A program made the position numbers and the translations under genes. Shown piece by piece: positions 1-13,618 of a stretch of 64,000 bases of DNA. Each line of letters begins with the position of its first letter. The first letter of the stretch is position 1. This DNA is from the human T2T-CHM13v2.0 reference genome, Homo sapiens, in NCBI RefSeq assembly GCF_009914755.1, contig NC_060936.1. One strand, given 5' to 3'. The notes under the pieces were generated by a model. The model saw only the letters and a program-made list of their open reading frames with translations. It made no database searches and was not told where the DNA came from.

Positions 1-139
1 GAATGGAATCCAATTTTATTTGAAAAACATTTACCTCTAGCAGTAATCTGCAAAGTGGATGTGCAAGGAGGGAGACAGGATGGGAAGGCAGGGAGATCAG
101 TTAGCAGGCAATTGCAGCATGCAGCAGTTTTGTTCCTAA

Positions 140-570
140 GTACAAGTGCTCAAAGCAGCGTTATTTGTAATAGACAAAAAACTGGAAATCCAATTGCCTA
201 TCAGCAGTAGAATAGATGAATAAATTGTGGTTTGTTTATTCAATGGAAATCTCTACTGCAGAGAGAAAGAATGGACGATTGCTATGCACGGCAACGCAGA
301 TGAAACTCAGCAAACATAATGTAACGCCAAAGAAACCAGACAACATTACATATGATGCAGTCCGTTTATAGAGTCCAAAAACAGGCAAAACTAGTCTGTG
401 ATGATAAAGATCATAATAATAGTTGCCTTTGAGGGAGGGTGTTGGGACTAGGAGAGGGGCTTTTCTTGATCTTCGAGGTGATTAGACGAGTGTGTTCACT
501 TTGTGAAAATTCATAACTTAAGATTTCTGAATTTTTCTGTATGTTATACTGCAATTAAAATGTTTCTTTA
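140..570 (+). mobile_element. Ancient L1 (L1ME/MC-like) 3' fragment
   Basis: gcagcgttatttgtaatagacaaaaaactggaaa...gaataaattgtgg...tatgttatactgcaattaaaa resembles an old L1 3' end. Confidence 0.7.
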
Positions 571-3074
571 AAAACCTAGTTATCTCAACTGCTAGGCATG
601 AACACTGTCCCAATACTATTCCCAGTCCTCTTCTATCTAAATAGTCACTATTGCCATGCTGCTACTTCCTCCCACTTTGCAGCTCACTAAGGCAGGCTGG
701 AGATTTTTGTGACTGCTGGAGTGATTTTTGCCAGTTTGCTTAACCCATTTCATTCCATGAGTTTCCTGGCAGAGATTCCACAAGCAATCTCTGCCAGGAT
801 GACTGCTTGTAGCAGTGCTTGAGTTTTGGTTTTTACTGTGAAATTGTAGGACTTAAATATAAACACATAGTGGAAGTCAGATATATTAATGAAATGCAAA
901 TATATTTATGTAAGCATAGCAAAAACTAGGGTTTTTCCCTCCTTAAGCATGAAGTTTATTTTGGAAAGTATGTTAGAATTTTATACAGTTAATTGATTCA
1001 GTAGCTGTACCCTACAGTTGAGCTGTTTATATTATCAATGTACTGTAGGTTAGGTTGTATAGCTCATTCATTCTGACTGCTGATGACTATGTCACATTCA
1101 TCTACACCTGGTGATGTACTTTCAATAAAGGACAGAGACCAGGCCTAAGCTCAATTCTATATGTAGAATACTGTAAAATAGAGTACCACTTTAATCAGTA
1201 TCACTGAAATTTACAATAAATATCAGGTATTTTGCCCTGGAATTTCACAATGCACATCTTAAACTTAGTATCTATCTTCTCCAGTAGTATGAAACACTCA
1301 TTAAACAGTATAGCGCCTCCTGGATTATTTAAAGCCCAAAACTTTCCCAATTAATTGCAGAGCAGCACACAGTATCTCTTTAAAGAGAATGACAACTATA
1401 GAGAGTATGAAGAATAAAGTATAGCTGTTTGGAACAAAAGCATTATTTGTTTTATTACAGTGAATAATGAGCCTCTCTTCAAATTTGGCTACACTGAAAG
1501 ATACCTGTTACTTTGAAATATCACCAAAGGATGTACCTATTTTTGCATTTCATCTAGGGACTTAATTATTTAATTGGCTTAGATTTTCTTCAGAAAACAA
1601 ATAGAACAATCAAAATTATTCTTAACCCTTAGAGATTAGGAAAAAACTAACTGCCTTTTCAAATTGTTTGAATGGACACTTTTTTTGTTCTCTATGAACT
1701 GAAATAGCCTTAATTTAACAAAGACTCATAGGGATCATGCATGATTGGTTTTACCAAATATTATTTTTGGCTTCCATATCCTTAAAGCATTTAATATTTT
1801 ATCAACTGAATAAGTATAGTAAAGAAATTTTAAGAAACATTAAAGTTTTCTGCTTTGCCTGCTGTGCTCATTAAATTTTAACATTGAAGTCCAATAGAAG
1901 TTTTATAGTCTAGCAGCCACTCTGACTCATGAGTCAGGGGCTCAAATTTTCCTTAATCTTACATATTTGTTTTATTACCGTTTCCTCACAAAATTATTTT
2001 ATTTTGTCTTTGAAGTATTTCCATACCAACTTAGCTTTAAAAATGTATACCTGCAAAGGAATATGCTTTGATATGTGACATTTGGCTCTTTGAAGCCACC
2101 ACTGTAGTCCTCACAATGGACAATGTTTTGTTGAAAAGTTTTCACATTTACTTTATTGTAACTATAGAAATGTTCTTGTTTGTCAGGATTTATGGGCTCA
2201 ATATTTACAATACCATAAATGAGAAGTCCATAGTCATCTTGGTTTCATGGATAAAAAATAAATGTCTTTTTATCCCCTATTAAGTAGAATGGTGGATTTC
2301 ATTGCAAAATGTTAAATATTAAATATGTAAATAATTCAAGTAGTTTGATTTTTAAATATTAAATTAAGGAATTAGATTCATTATACCTGAATGGTGACTG
2401 GAAGGTAACGAACTTAATTTGCCATCTCTTACGTAGACAAAAAGTCCCTAATCAGGTGGCCCATACCTATTCAGGTGTGCAGAAGAAAAGTGATTCTATT
2501 TTTGGCAGACAGATTTTAATGGAAAGGACATAGATTTGGGCGACCAGATAACATCTGGATTCAGACTGGAGCTCTATTCCTGCTTTACGGAGATGAGAGA
2601 GACTGGAAGGAGCAGTTTTCACCAGGAACCTCAGGGGTTGTATATTCCTAAGTCTGATTTGAACACCACCTCTTTCTTCTCCTTATTTCTGTGGCAACAA
2701 TTGACTAAATTTATATCATTTGGTTTAGTAGTGTTGGAAATTATAATTCCCATGGTCACATTTACTTGATTACTTTCTCTCCTAAGCCAGAATTAGTGAT
2801 TACAAATGTCCTTGCAAACTTTGCTAATAACTTTATTTCATGAATAGAAGTAACTGTGTCACTAGTGGTTCTGAGTGTTAGATTTGCATCTGCCACTTAC
2901 TGGGTGGGTAACCCTGAGTAAGTTACTGATTCTCTATGCCTGCATTTCCTCTTTTGTTTAATAATTCATGTCACATAGAGCAACAGATGAGTATTAAAAG
3001 GATTAAATATCTGTTCTGCCTTGGTGACAGCCAAAAAGATTTAAAAAATTTTTTAAAGGATTAAATAAAAGGGT

Positions 3075-3200
3075 GCCTGGGCACAGTGGCTCAGGGCTAT
3101 AATCCCAGCACTTTGGGAGATCGAGGTAGGAGAATCACTTGAGACCAGAAGTTCAAGACCAGCTGGGCAACATAAGGAGACCCCATCTCTTTAAAAAAAA
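3075..3200 (+). mobile_element. Alu left monomer (FLAM/AluJ-like)
   Basis: gcctgggcacagtggctc...aatcccagcactttgggag...gaccccatctct plus A tail; it lies within or next to a MIR fragment. Confidence 0.8.
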
Positions 3201-5092
3201 TAGTATTTATATAAAACAGTCAACATTGCGTCTTTCACATAGTAAGAATTCTTGTTGCTAGATTCAGTAAAAGCAAGGTGTTACCATTTGGCTAGTTAGT
3301 TTTCAATGAAGGTACCAATGTGTACCTGCTTAAGGAGAAATATCACAGATATAGTTATACTTAAATCTACCTTAAAATATCACCAAGTTTTCACTAATTT
3401 TGTTTTTCCATAGGAGTGTATTATACTCACTGTCAGTTTTCTCATGATTTGTGAAAGAAAGCCATGAAATAGCACATGTAGTAGAAAGCATAATTTAATT
3501 GATGGCAGAGTTCAGGGATTTTCACATGAAGACTTTGAGAGTGTGGTCTCTAATCCCAGTTCTGAGAGCTTTAACGGGAGTTAAACCATCATAGAACTTG
3601 GCACTGCACACATGCCTCAGATCATCTCTGGAGGGTTGCAAAGTAGTCTGGGAACCTAACAGAAAGTATAATTGCAAAACAGATGGCTTTTTATGTTCCT
3701 TTTTATAATACTGCAGCAAGAAATGGAGCCCAATGGTATATTATTTTTATATTTCTTATTTATGAGATTTTGTGCCAGGAAGGTCAAATTGTAAGGTCCC
3801 ATATTGTTCCACCTTCCATAAACATTTAAGAAAATTAGCAAGAACAGACCACACACAGTTTTTTCTTGCTAATGTTCTTATATCAATAATAACTCATTTT
3901 ATGATCTCTTTTAACTAGAATTCTTGAGAGGGGCAACTCCCTCAACATCTTCTGTACTGGGCCCTTTAATATATGTAAAACTTAATCATTTAATTTCAGT
4001 TTTCTGAATAATCTAAAGTAGTTTTGTGCAAAGACTGGCTCTGCCGTCACCTGTGCATGGGACCTTGATCCTGTGTATAACCTGGCCAGGCCTCAGCCTT
4101 CTATGTTCAGTGAAATGACTGTACTAGTTGATGACCAGTGGGCTGCCAGCCATGAAAGGCGAGACATATTAATGCTTTGAATGAAACTATGTCGACTTAG
4201 CTGGTAACTACCGTCTCTAGCAGCAGAGAGGCCTGGACAAAAGAGCACCAGCAGGAGATCCACCTGCCTGGGTCCCTTCAGGGCTGCCCTGCCATCAGGG
4301 GTCAGATTGTAGGCATGGCTTCAAAGACAGCCACACTGTGAAAGTTTAAGAGTTTGTAGTACTTACTGACCCTGGGGGGTACACAGCACGCCTGGAGGCC
4401 ACATGTAGGTAGGTCAGGTTGCAAGCAGGTAGAGAGAAAGGGAGCTGGCAAGTAGCATTCTATTTTGGGTAATGAAATGTGAGTCACAGGCAGATGCCGT
4501 AAGGGTCCATTTAAAGGAAGCGGCTAGAAAGCAGGAAGCCCAGTCCATGAGGCAGGAGAGATACCTCCAAGTTTTTATTCCTGGCCACTGGCTGGAACCA
4601 TTTGGGTAGGCTGTAGTACTGGAAACTATGTCAAGGGCAATTGAGCCGGGTTGACTTATATTTAAAAATGGATGCTGAGGCAGCATAAAATTAAAAGCAC
4701 TCACTGTGCACTGTGCTGATCCATTTGGTTTCCGGGAACTCTGAAATGAATAACCTTTTACATGCCTGGAGAAAGTACCATCATTCACCCATCCCTGACA
4801 TCTCTAGGTATGAGAAGCTGACAGCTTCTTTAGAGCCTTCACCAGGTAGAACCAAATGTATTTTTGAGTGTTGCTGGTAGGCTTATGACTTGGGAAGAAG
4901 AATATAGCGAGGCTGGAGTGGTAGAGAGGAGGGGGAAAAAAAGAAAAGAAAGATGCATATGCTGAGAATAATGGCATTTGTGTGGAATGGTGGATTCCAG
5001 TTAGAGGTGACTCAGGGCTACTAGTACTGGAGAGATTGGGCCCATCAGGAATTGGCTTGTAATGAGGGCTACAGGGCCATTGGAAGCCCTGA

Positions 5093-5625
<533 letters not shown>

Positions 5626-5969
5626 TAAATACTTGCCTTGTAAGTGCACTTCTGTCAGATAGATGTCACAGAAGAATTCAGTCTAATAAGCATGTTCTTG
5701 TGTTTCCATGGGGTATTAGAATGATTTTACAAAACATAACTTGGAAGGGATGGGAAGAAATGACTTTTTAGTGGTGTTGGCTAGTAAATTAGATTAGTAA
5801 GAGGAATTATTCTGAAGCTGGGCTAATTTTTGAGATGAGCCTTTGATTATTGAAAACATATCTCTTAGTTTTCTAAAACAGGTAATTTTACATAAAGATT
5901 TTGTTTTTCCTTGAATTACAATTACTACATAAAAATCTTACATTTCCACTGTGAACTTTAATTGACTGG

Positions 5970-6208
5970 CAAAAATTAACCCAAATTGTTAATTTAGAAA
6001 TAAGTGCCATCCTTCAGTTATTCTGCAGCATATTGTACTCCCAAAAGATTTCCAATGCTGTTTTATGCACTGTTGATTAACCCTGCTGGGTATGAGAGAA
6101 GTCTCTACTTCAAAGTCATAGAGCTTTAACATTGTATATGGTCGAAAAAATATAATTGTCAGTAAGCTATCTGGAGATGGGCTTTTAATAAGAAACTCAA
6201 CTGAGTGC
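5970..6208 (+). repeat. Local direct repeat, copy A (copy B at 8079-8321)
   Basis: Co-linear alignment by eye over ~240 bp at an offset of ~2110 bp, roughly 85% identity. Confidence 0.9.
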
Positions 6209-6305
6209 CCTTGTAGCACTCAGTGTAAATTTGATGCTCAATGAAAAACTAAAGTTACTAGTTATATTCATTTGAAAAGTTTATCCTAAGGAAAAGACGG
6301 AATTC

Positions 6306-6601
6306 TTTTTTTTGTTTTTTGAGACGGAGTCTCGCTCTGTCACCCAGGCTGGAGTGCAATAGTGTGATATCTGCTCACTGCAAGCTCCGCCTCCCAGGTT
6401 CACACCATTCTCCTGGCCTCAGCCTCCCAAGTAGCTGGGACTACAGGTGCCCGCCACCACGCCCGGCTAATTTTTTGTATTTTTAGTAGAGACAGGGTTT
6501 CGTGTGTTAGTCAGGATGGTCTTGATCTCCAGACCTCGTGATCTGCCCGCCTCGGCCTCCCAAAGTGCTGGGATTACAGGCGTGAGCCACCAAGCCCAGC
6601 C
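6306..6601 (-). mobile_element. AluY-like
   Basis: gcaagctccgcc...ttcacaccattc diagnostic; TSD aaagacggaattctt / aaagacataattctt. Confidence 0.9.
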
Positions 6602-7919
6602 AAAGACATAATTCTTAATAGAAGGATCAGTATTCTCATACCAATAACTTTAACTTGATTCATAGCATGTTTTATACTAGATGTGACTGAAATTTTAAAA
6701 TATGAATTACAATTTCTAATATCTGCTTACAATTTTTGAATGTGCTGCTGCTCTAGGTATGTGGATTAGTAACCTAAAATGTCTTTATTTTCAGATGCTC
6801 TTATTAGTATAAATGTTTCTGAAAATTTGCATTGCTATTGATTTGTCCTTCCATAAAAAAGAAGTTTATACTTTTTAAGTTAGAACTTTCACTTCTGTCC
6901 CAGACCTAACTCTTGAATTCAAACTGTGTGCCGAGCCCTGTACTAGATAAGGTACAATTTGAAAAGACATTATTTCATGCCATTTCTTACAAATGCTGCT
7001 TGGAAAAATATGCGTCTTGACTCAAATCACACAAGAGGTAGTAGACTCGGGATTTGAACCTTGGTGCATCTTGTTTCCACTAATCAACATTGTCTCAAAC
7101 AAAATGGCTTATTCCAGAAAGTATATTTTAATAGTGTGAATTTAAAGAAAATGCAGAAAATCTCCAAGAAATTTTGCTTTGTATTTAAGACAGGAGTTAA
7201 AATTAATGTGTATGTTCAGACATATTTTATTTAGGATTCTGTAGAAATAAAGCTGGATGTGATTTTCCAAAACTGAAGGAATAATTCATTGATGCTGAAA
7301 AAGGAACCTGAGCATCAGATGCTCATTTTGCTGGCATGTGTTTTTCATAGATTCTTTGAATTAATTAATTCTTTGCAGTTTCTTAGCATGATTTAGCACC
7401 TCTTTTCTTTGTTTTGAAATGGCAAGTTTGTATATATTATCTGATCGTTGTTTATTGACAAAAACCAGTTTCCAGGTGATTAAAGATAAGATTTCTTAGG
7501 GTGGTTTAGGACATTTTAAAAAAACATTTATTGGGTACAGTGAATCCTTTTGGGAACCCTAGCCTTATTTATTCTTTAGTTTCTGTATTCAGCCAAATTT
7601 CAAATATGTGTCCCAAATTACTAGATTTTTTTGACACTGGAAAAGTTATTTAAACTCTCCGAGACTCACTTTTCTCATATTGAAATGAGACTAATCATAT
7701 CTAACTTGATGAATTATGTTGTGAGGAATAAATGAAACATGGTGCATGGTGCCTAACATGTAATAAGTACTTGTGCCATTTATTTCCACAATTGCCAAAT
7801 ACTTAAGTGTGTAATATTTGAGAGTGTTAAATCACTGGGCATGTGTGAATGCTGGCACCTGAAGGTAATGAATAGTAGAAGAAAGAGCATGAGCTTATTC
7901 AATTTAATAATGAATATTC

Positions 7920-8763
7920 CTGTTAGTTTTTGGGGAGTTTCTGGTCACAACATTTTTAGAACCCATCAATACATAACCTTGCTTTATGTGTTTTTTTCTG
8001 TTTAAAGATAACTTATTTAATAAACATTAAATATAAACATTTGTATTTAATATGCAATAAGTATAAATATTGGCAGACCAAAATTTACCCAAATCGTTAA
8101 TTCAGAAATAAGTGCTATTCTTTAGTTATTCTACAAAATATTGTACTCCCAAAAGATTTCCGGTACTGTTTTATGCACTGCTGATTAAAACCTCTGGGTA
8201 TGAGAGAAGTCTCTATTTCAAAGTCACAGACAGAGCTTTAACATTGCATATGGTTGAGAAAAATATAATTGTCAATAAACTATCTGGAGGTGGGCTTTGA
8301 ATAAGAAACTCAACTGAGTGCTTACTGATTCATTAACGTTGAACCCACACCCAACAGCACTATAACTCATGCCTAAACAAAGTTTACATAATATATATGT
8401 TTTCCCCATGGGTCACCTCACAGCCTTCTTGCCTCAGAAACCCTGGACACCACTTCAGCACTATGCTTGGGGGCCATTTTAAATGGTGAAATCCCACCAA
8501 CAAAACTCACAAAAAACATGGCACCAAGTAGACTGAGAAAGGACACATGTTGACAGTATGAGAGCTGAAACACAAAGGCAATGTCACCTTGTTCAGTCTC
8601 AGCTGGGAGCGTGTGTGTCAGCTAAAAACTTTCACACCCTGTGCGTATCCACAAATAACCCTGAAAGCACCACAAATAGTGATTTTTGGGATTACAAACA
8701 AATTTTTAGCAACTAGGTAGGTTTCACAAATATGGAATCTGCAAATAATGAAGATTGGCTGTA
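7920..8763 (-). mobile_element. MER82-like TcMar-Tigger DNA transposon, split by an insertion at ~8023-8325
   Basis: 8326-8763 ends in a Tigger-type terminus (ggaatctgcaaataatgaagattggctgTA); 7920-8022 continues the same recalled consensus. Confidence 0.7.
8079..8321 (+). repeat. Local direct repeat, copy B
   Basis: Matches 5970-6208. Confidence 0.9.
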
Positions 8764-9220
8764 ATTCCTTTAAGAAAGCATTGATCTTGAGGTAATATGT
8801 TTCCACAAATGCAAATGCTCAATTCCAGGAGGATATTATGACAATAAATGGTTCTTAGCTAAAGAATACTTGTTCCCTGGTAGCATGTTAGTGAATAAGC
8901 CTAGTGCTTCATTGTAAAAACTATTAAAATAATAGTGATTTGCATCTGGAAACCTCATAATGAAAACAATAACTGAACTATATTAAAACCTTTGCAGTAG
9001 AGCCTTCTATCTGCATCACTGTTTCCATGGAAAAATATATTCCAAATTCCAATTGGAGTGTCCTTTTGCTTCCTAGGTCTTTAGTCTGAACGATGACCAA
9101 TCCACCACACGCACCTACAGTGTAGGACTTCCATTTTACTCTCCAGTCTGGTTCTGGGGCTGGGCATAGAACTGTTGGAGTTGATATAAAGATCAGGGTT
9201 ACAGCTCCTAGAGTGGAGTA

Positions 9221-9370
9221 TTTTGGGCTGAGACGATGGGGTTTTCCAGATATTGGATCATGTCATCTGCAAAGAAAGACAACTTGACTTCCTCTCCTCC
9301 CATTTGACTACACTTTATTTCTTTCTCTTGCCTGATTGCCCTGGCCTGAATTTCCAATACTATGTTGAAT
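9221..9370 (-). mobile_element. L1P ORF2 fragment
   Basis: tttgggctgagacgatggggtttt...atcatgtcatctgcaaa...ccaatactatgttgaat. Confidence 0.8.
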
Positions 9371-9489
9371 TAATGACTCAATATATGACTAAAAGTTCAA
9401 AGTGAAACAATGATAATTCAGATAGGAAAATATGTGGCAGTATGCTAAAGTCTAAAAAGGAATATAAAACGTCTGTGAGATACCTAACA

Positions 9490-9718
9490 TCAGATTTATA
9501 GAAACAGAATAGAATGTAAGTTGTTGGGGGCTGCGGACAGGGCGAAATGGGCAGTTGCTTGTAGAAGGGGTATAAAGTTTCAGTTACACAATTATGAGTA
9601 AGTTCTAGAGATCTGCTGTCCAACATGATGCCTGTAGTTAATAATACTGTATCATGTACTTAAAAATGTGTTAAATGGATAGATCTTATGTTTTCTTCCA
9701 CAATTGAAAAAAAAAAAG
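9490..9718 (+). mobile_element. Old L1 (L1MA/MB-like) 3' end
   Basis: gggtataaagtttcagtta...aagttctagagatctgctg...aataatactgta plus A tail. Confidence 0.7.
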
Positions 9719-11803
9719 TCCTATAGAATCATTTGAAATGATGGGTTTCTTGGTGGCAGGGGGGCTTTAATGAGATCTGTACCCTTTCTTGCTTGATTTC
9801 CCAAGTTTAAGATACTTTAATGAATAAGAAGGCACTTTAAATAGACTTTAATCCAGCTTTTACAAAAATTTAATAAAGCAATATATTAATCTTAGGCCAT
9901 TTTTGATACCTTAATTTTATCCCAAGAAAGAATAAAACATATTCTATTTTTAGTAAGTAGAGTGCCTCGCAGAAGAGGAAACAAGTCAGAACTTTTCTGT
10001 TTTCTTAAATGTTCTCTAGATTGGGCAGCATATAAAACTCTCCTTTGAAATTTAGAGTGCACACCAGCCTATTAAAGTCTCAGAGAAGTCTAGCTGTAAA
10101 GGAACTTGTTTAACTTTATTTACTGGCTTTCTTACATTTCTTTAACTTTGGAAGCCTTTATCCCCAGGAACTTTAACATCTCACAGGCCCTCATAACTGA
10201 GGAGCACAGTTATGGAATCAGCTTGTCATTGCCAAGGTGGCCCCTTCTTTCTTCATACAGGGGATAATGAAACCTATGCTGTGTCATATGCAGAGAGCTA
10301 AAGCAAAGTGCTAGGAGATTAATGTTCAGCCAGGCCTTTCTTGTTTTTAGGATGACAAAAAGGATTTGTGTACCTTCTCTGGAGAAAATAATTAGGTTTA
10401 TTCTCCTTCCCCTTGCATGTGTTCTGACTTACCTATCCAGGTGACCAGATGGCCTAGAACTGTCTTAGGTCTTTTAAAAGAATGTGCAAGGGACTAAGCC
10501 ACTGTTTGTAGTAACTACTGTTTTACAAGAAAAATTTCTAGTGTTTTTAAAATAAGCTTTTAAATAAGCCATTAATTCTGAAATACCAGTGCCACTGTAA
10601 ACCTATAAACAAATCCAAATGTTCTCTTAATTAAATCAATGTTTATTATATCTCATGAATTTTAACAACAAAGACGTGGGAAGACCACAAAACAATGGAC
10701 AAACAAAAAATCAGATTGATTAGAGAATTTACATAGGAAGAGTTGAGAGTTTTTTTAAACCCACAGGAAAAAGAATTGTGATCATTTTTAGCAGGCTAGT
10801 AACATTCTTATCGATACAGGAAATAAAGAATATTTGGTTTGACTATATGACAAAGTAAAAATTTCTGCTTTGCTTATAATGCAGCCAAATACAAAATCAA
10901 ACACTGGGTAAACACAGCAAGTAGAACAAACGGTTAATGTTTATATTTTTTGAATAACTCTTGTAATTTAAGAAAACTATCAAACCCAGTTAAATGAGAA
11001 AAGGATAAACAGTTCACACATGAGGAAACTGTTGGTCGTCAAAGGAATTCGTTTCCTTTGACTAAGATTTTTTACCCACCTGCCCTCATGCTGTGCCTGG
11101 TGTTGGCATTTCAGCGGGAAGACACTCTTTGTCCTGTGGGGAGAGGGAGGCAAGGGACACATTTAAAACAGTTGTCAAGACATCATACATGAGAAGAGAG
11201 AATGAAATAATAAGGGAAAAAAATATTAGGAAGGCAGACAGGTAGCAGTTTTTTTGTTTGTTTGTTTGTTTTAAATCAGGAATGTGAGCTGAGTAAGATA
11301 CTTTGACAACTGTTCTTAAATTTGTTAATAGTATTGGCAAAACACTGCACACTGCAAAGTGGTTCAATTTTATTGATAATTCCTAAAATGACAAACTTTT
11401 TTTCTTTAGTTTTGCCTCAGAAATTATCCTAATGAAATAATCCAAAAAGAAAAAAAACAGGACAGAAAAACAGCGCATATATTGAATAGGGCTTGGCAAC
11501 TAAATAGGAATTTTTAATGTAATGGAGCATGAGTTCATGATTAAAATTATGATAAAAATAGTTGTAACATGAAACACTGTCATGATAGGTGACTGTAGTT
11601 GCATTTGTGTTGCTTAATTCATTTCTGTAAAATAAGCCTGTGTACTTCAGTAAGATTATGATATGTTAAAATTTGTTTTGTGTAATACTTACATACTTAC
11701 TAGAAGAAATGTTGATTCATTTTATTACAAGTGATTTTTTGCCCTTTTTTAGCTGACTACACAGACTTAGTCTTCTCCACTCCGTGTTCCTGCAGCTAGA
11801 GAC

Positions 11804-11812
11804 ATGACCTAA
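11804..11812 (+). promoter_or_regulatory. uORF1 (ATG ACC TAA; M-T-stop)
   Basis: Read directly in the 5'UTR; gacATGa context; in frame with the main ATG but terminates before it. Confidence 0.6.
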
Positions 11813-11819
11813 CACCCTG

Positions 11820-11846
11820 ATGACCACTCTCAGGGACCTTGAGTGA
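11820..11846 (+). promoter_or_regulatory. uORF2 (MTTLRDLE-stop)
   Basis: ATG ACC ACT CTC AGG GAC CTT GAG TGA, ending 14 nt before the main ATG; weak context ctgATGa. Confidence 0.6.
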
Positions 11847-11860
11847 CTGGCCGGTGCACC

Positions 11861-11963
11861 ATGGAACTTAAAGTATGGGTGGATGGAGTTCAGAGGATTG
11901 TTTGTGGAGTCACTGAAGTCACAACTTGCCAGGAGGTTGTCATAGCCTTAGCTCAAGCAATAG
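11861..11963 (+). CDS. RASSF8: RASSF8 coding exon 1 ([35 protein letters not shown]-terminal Ras-association domain start)
   Basis: Strong Kozak gcaccATGG; translation matches the N-RASSF RA-domain start; donor G|GTGAGT at 11964; 103 nt, phase 1. Confidence 0.96.
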
Positions 11964-12420
11964 GTGAGTGAACTCTGTGGGTATCTGAGAAAAGTACATT
12001 GTGCTTTCTTTCGTTGTATGTGTTTGTTTTAAATATAGATTTCTAGGGGATTTTGTTCATTTGGTTCCATAATAAGTCTCACAGGCACTCTTGTACTTAT
12101 TACAGTTTGCCTGTGTTTAGGTACATCTGTGATGATGCTTGTTCTCTGACACCCCTAGATTTTACTAACCCTGAGTTAACATCTACACTGCCTTCTCCTC
12201 TCCTGTTGTTCAGCCTAAACAGTGACTTCTGAAACTAAAGATGTTTCCATGAGCCAAAATTTAGACCCAGATTAAGAATTTAGATTCTTAGTTCCCAGAA
12301 TCCCTCATTAGGAAAAATCCCACCTATTGTTTATTTCTCCATACTTTCAGAAAATACAACAAATGAAATAACATCGTTCTTCACTGGAAAGATAATGTAT
12401 ACTTTTAAAATCTTATGATT

Positions 12421-12720
12421 GGCTGGGCATGGTGGCTCACGCCTGTAATCCCAGCACTTTGGGAGGCTGAGGCAGGCAGATCACTTGAGGTCAGGAGTTC
12501 GAGACCAGCCTGGCAAACATGGTCAAACCCGTCTTTAATAAAACTACAAAAATTAGCCGGGCGTGGTGGTGCGCACCTGTAATCCCAGCTACTATGGAGG
12601 CTGAGGAAGGAGAATGGCTTCAACCCAGGAGACAGAGGTTGCAGTGAGCCAAGATCATGCCACTGCACTACAGCTTGGGTGACAGCGAAACTCGGTCTCA
12701 ATAAATAAAATAAAATAAAA
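12421..12720 (+). mobile_element. AluS
   Basis: Full dimer; TSD aaaatcttat on both sides. Confidence 0.92.
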
Positions 12721-13618
12721 TCTTATTATACAGTGAAAATGAAGCACAGCTCTTGGCTTCATGTTATTCTCCCACCATGTTTTACCCTTTCTTCTTATTT
12801 ATTTTAAGCTTATCTTCATCATAGTTTATGTATATTTAGTTGCCTTAAATGATGAGGGCATAAACACCTGCATCAGAAAAAGCAGCAATATGGGTCCAAG
12901 TTTATATTTGCATCTTAAGTCTTTCATTTAACAAACATGTACTAAGAGGAAGCTGTGTGGCCAGCACCATGCTAAGTGTTCAGGGCCTCTTTGTCTTTGA
13001 GCTCCTTATCAAAAGTTGATTTTATGTCTCGCCAGTTTATATTGGAAGCATGTCAATTAGCTCAGCATTGAAATGAGTCATACTGTTGCCAAGGCACTTT
13101 AGCATTTGGTAGAGATGATTGTGCCACCTGTGATGTGGCAGATGCACTGTTAGAGGTTTACAGTGCCCTATACAAGACAGAGACTTTCTGGTAATATTGA
13201 CATCTTTTGATTTTTCCTTAAACACTATTGCACAAGAATATATTGCAGCAATGCTGAAAATTCTGGGCTTTCACATCCGGTGAAACTCTTTTTGCATTTG
13301 AGAATCTTATATATGTAGACTTAAGTTTAATTATTAAAGAGGAGAAAATTAAGGCATTTAATTTTTTCATATTCTTTCTATGAGCTTATTTAGTAATTGT
13401 CACTATTAAGAGCTTCACTTAATTTATGTGAATTAAAATATACAGCTTTTTTTTTCTTAGTGAAGACTACGTTTATTAATTGTCAAACCTGGCTTTCCTT
13501 GTTATATTTGGGAATTAAGCCATGGACAGTGCTAAAAAAGAAAAAAAAAAGTAGTTTTTACAAAAGTCAAGGTAGTTGAGTAGTGCTATAAGCTGCATCT
13601 GTCCATAATGACACTTTT

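Larger units (their letters stand above)
11753..11860 (+). other. RASSF8: 5'UTR portion of the first coding exon of RASSF8
   Basis: Polypyrimidine tract and AG (tttttgcccttttttAG, ending 11752) upstream of the RASSF8 start codon. Alternative AGs at 11795 and 11833 make the exact 5' boundary uncertain. Confidence 0.7.

Noticed and set aside
7309-7325. TGAGCATC-A-GATGCTCA palindrome
   Set aside because: 8-bp arms are expected by chance in 64 kb; no supporting context.
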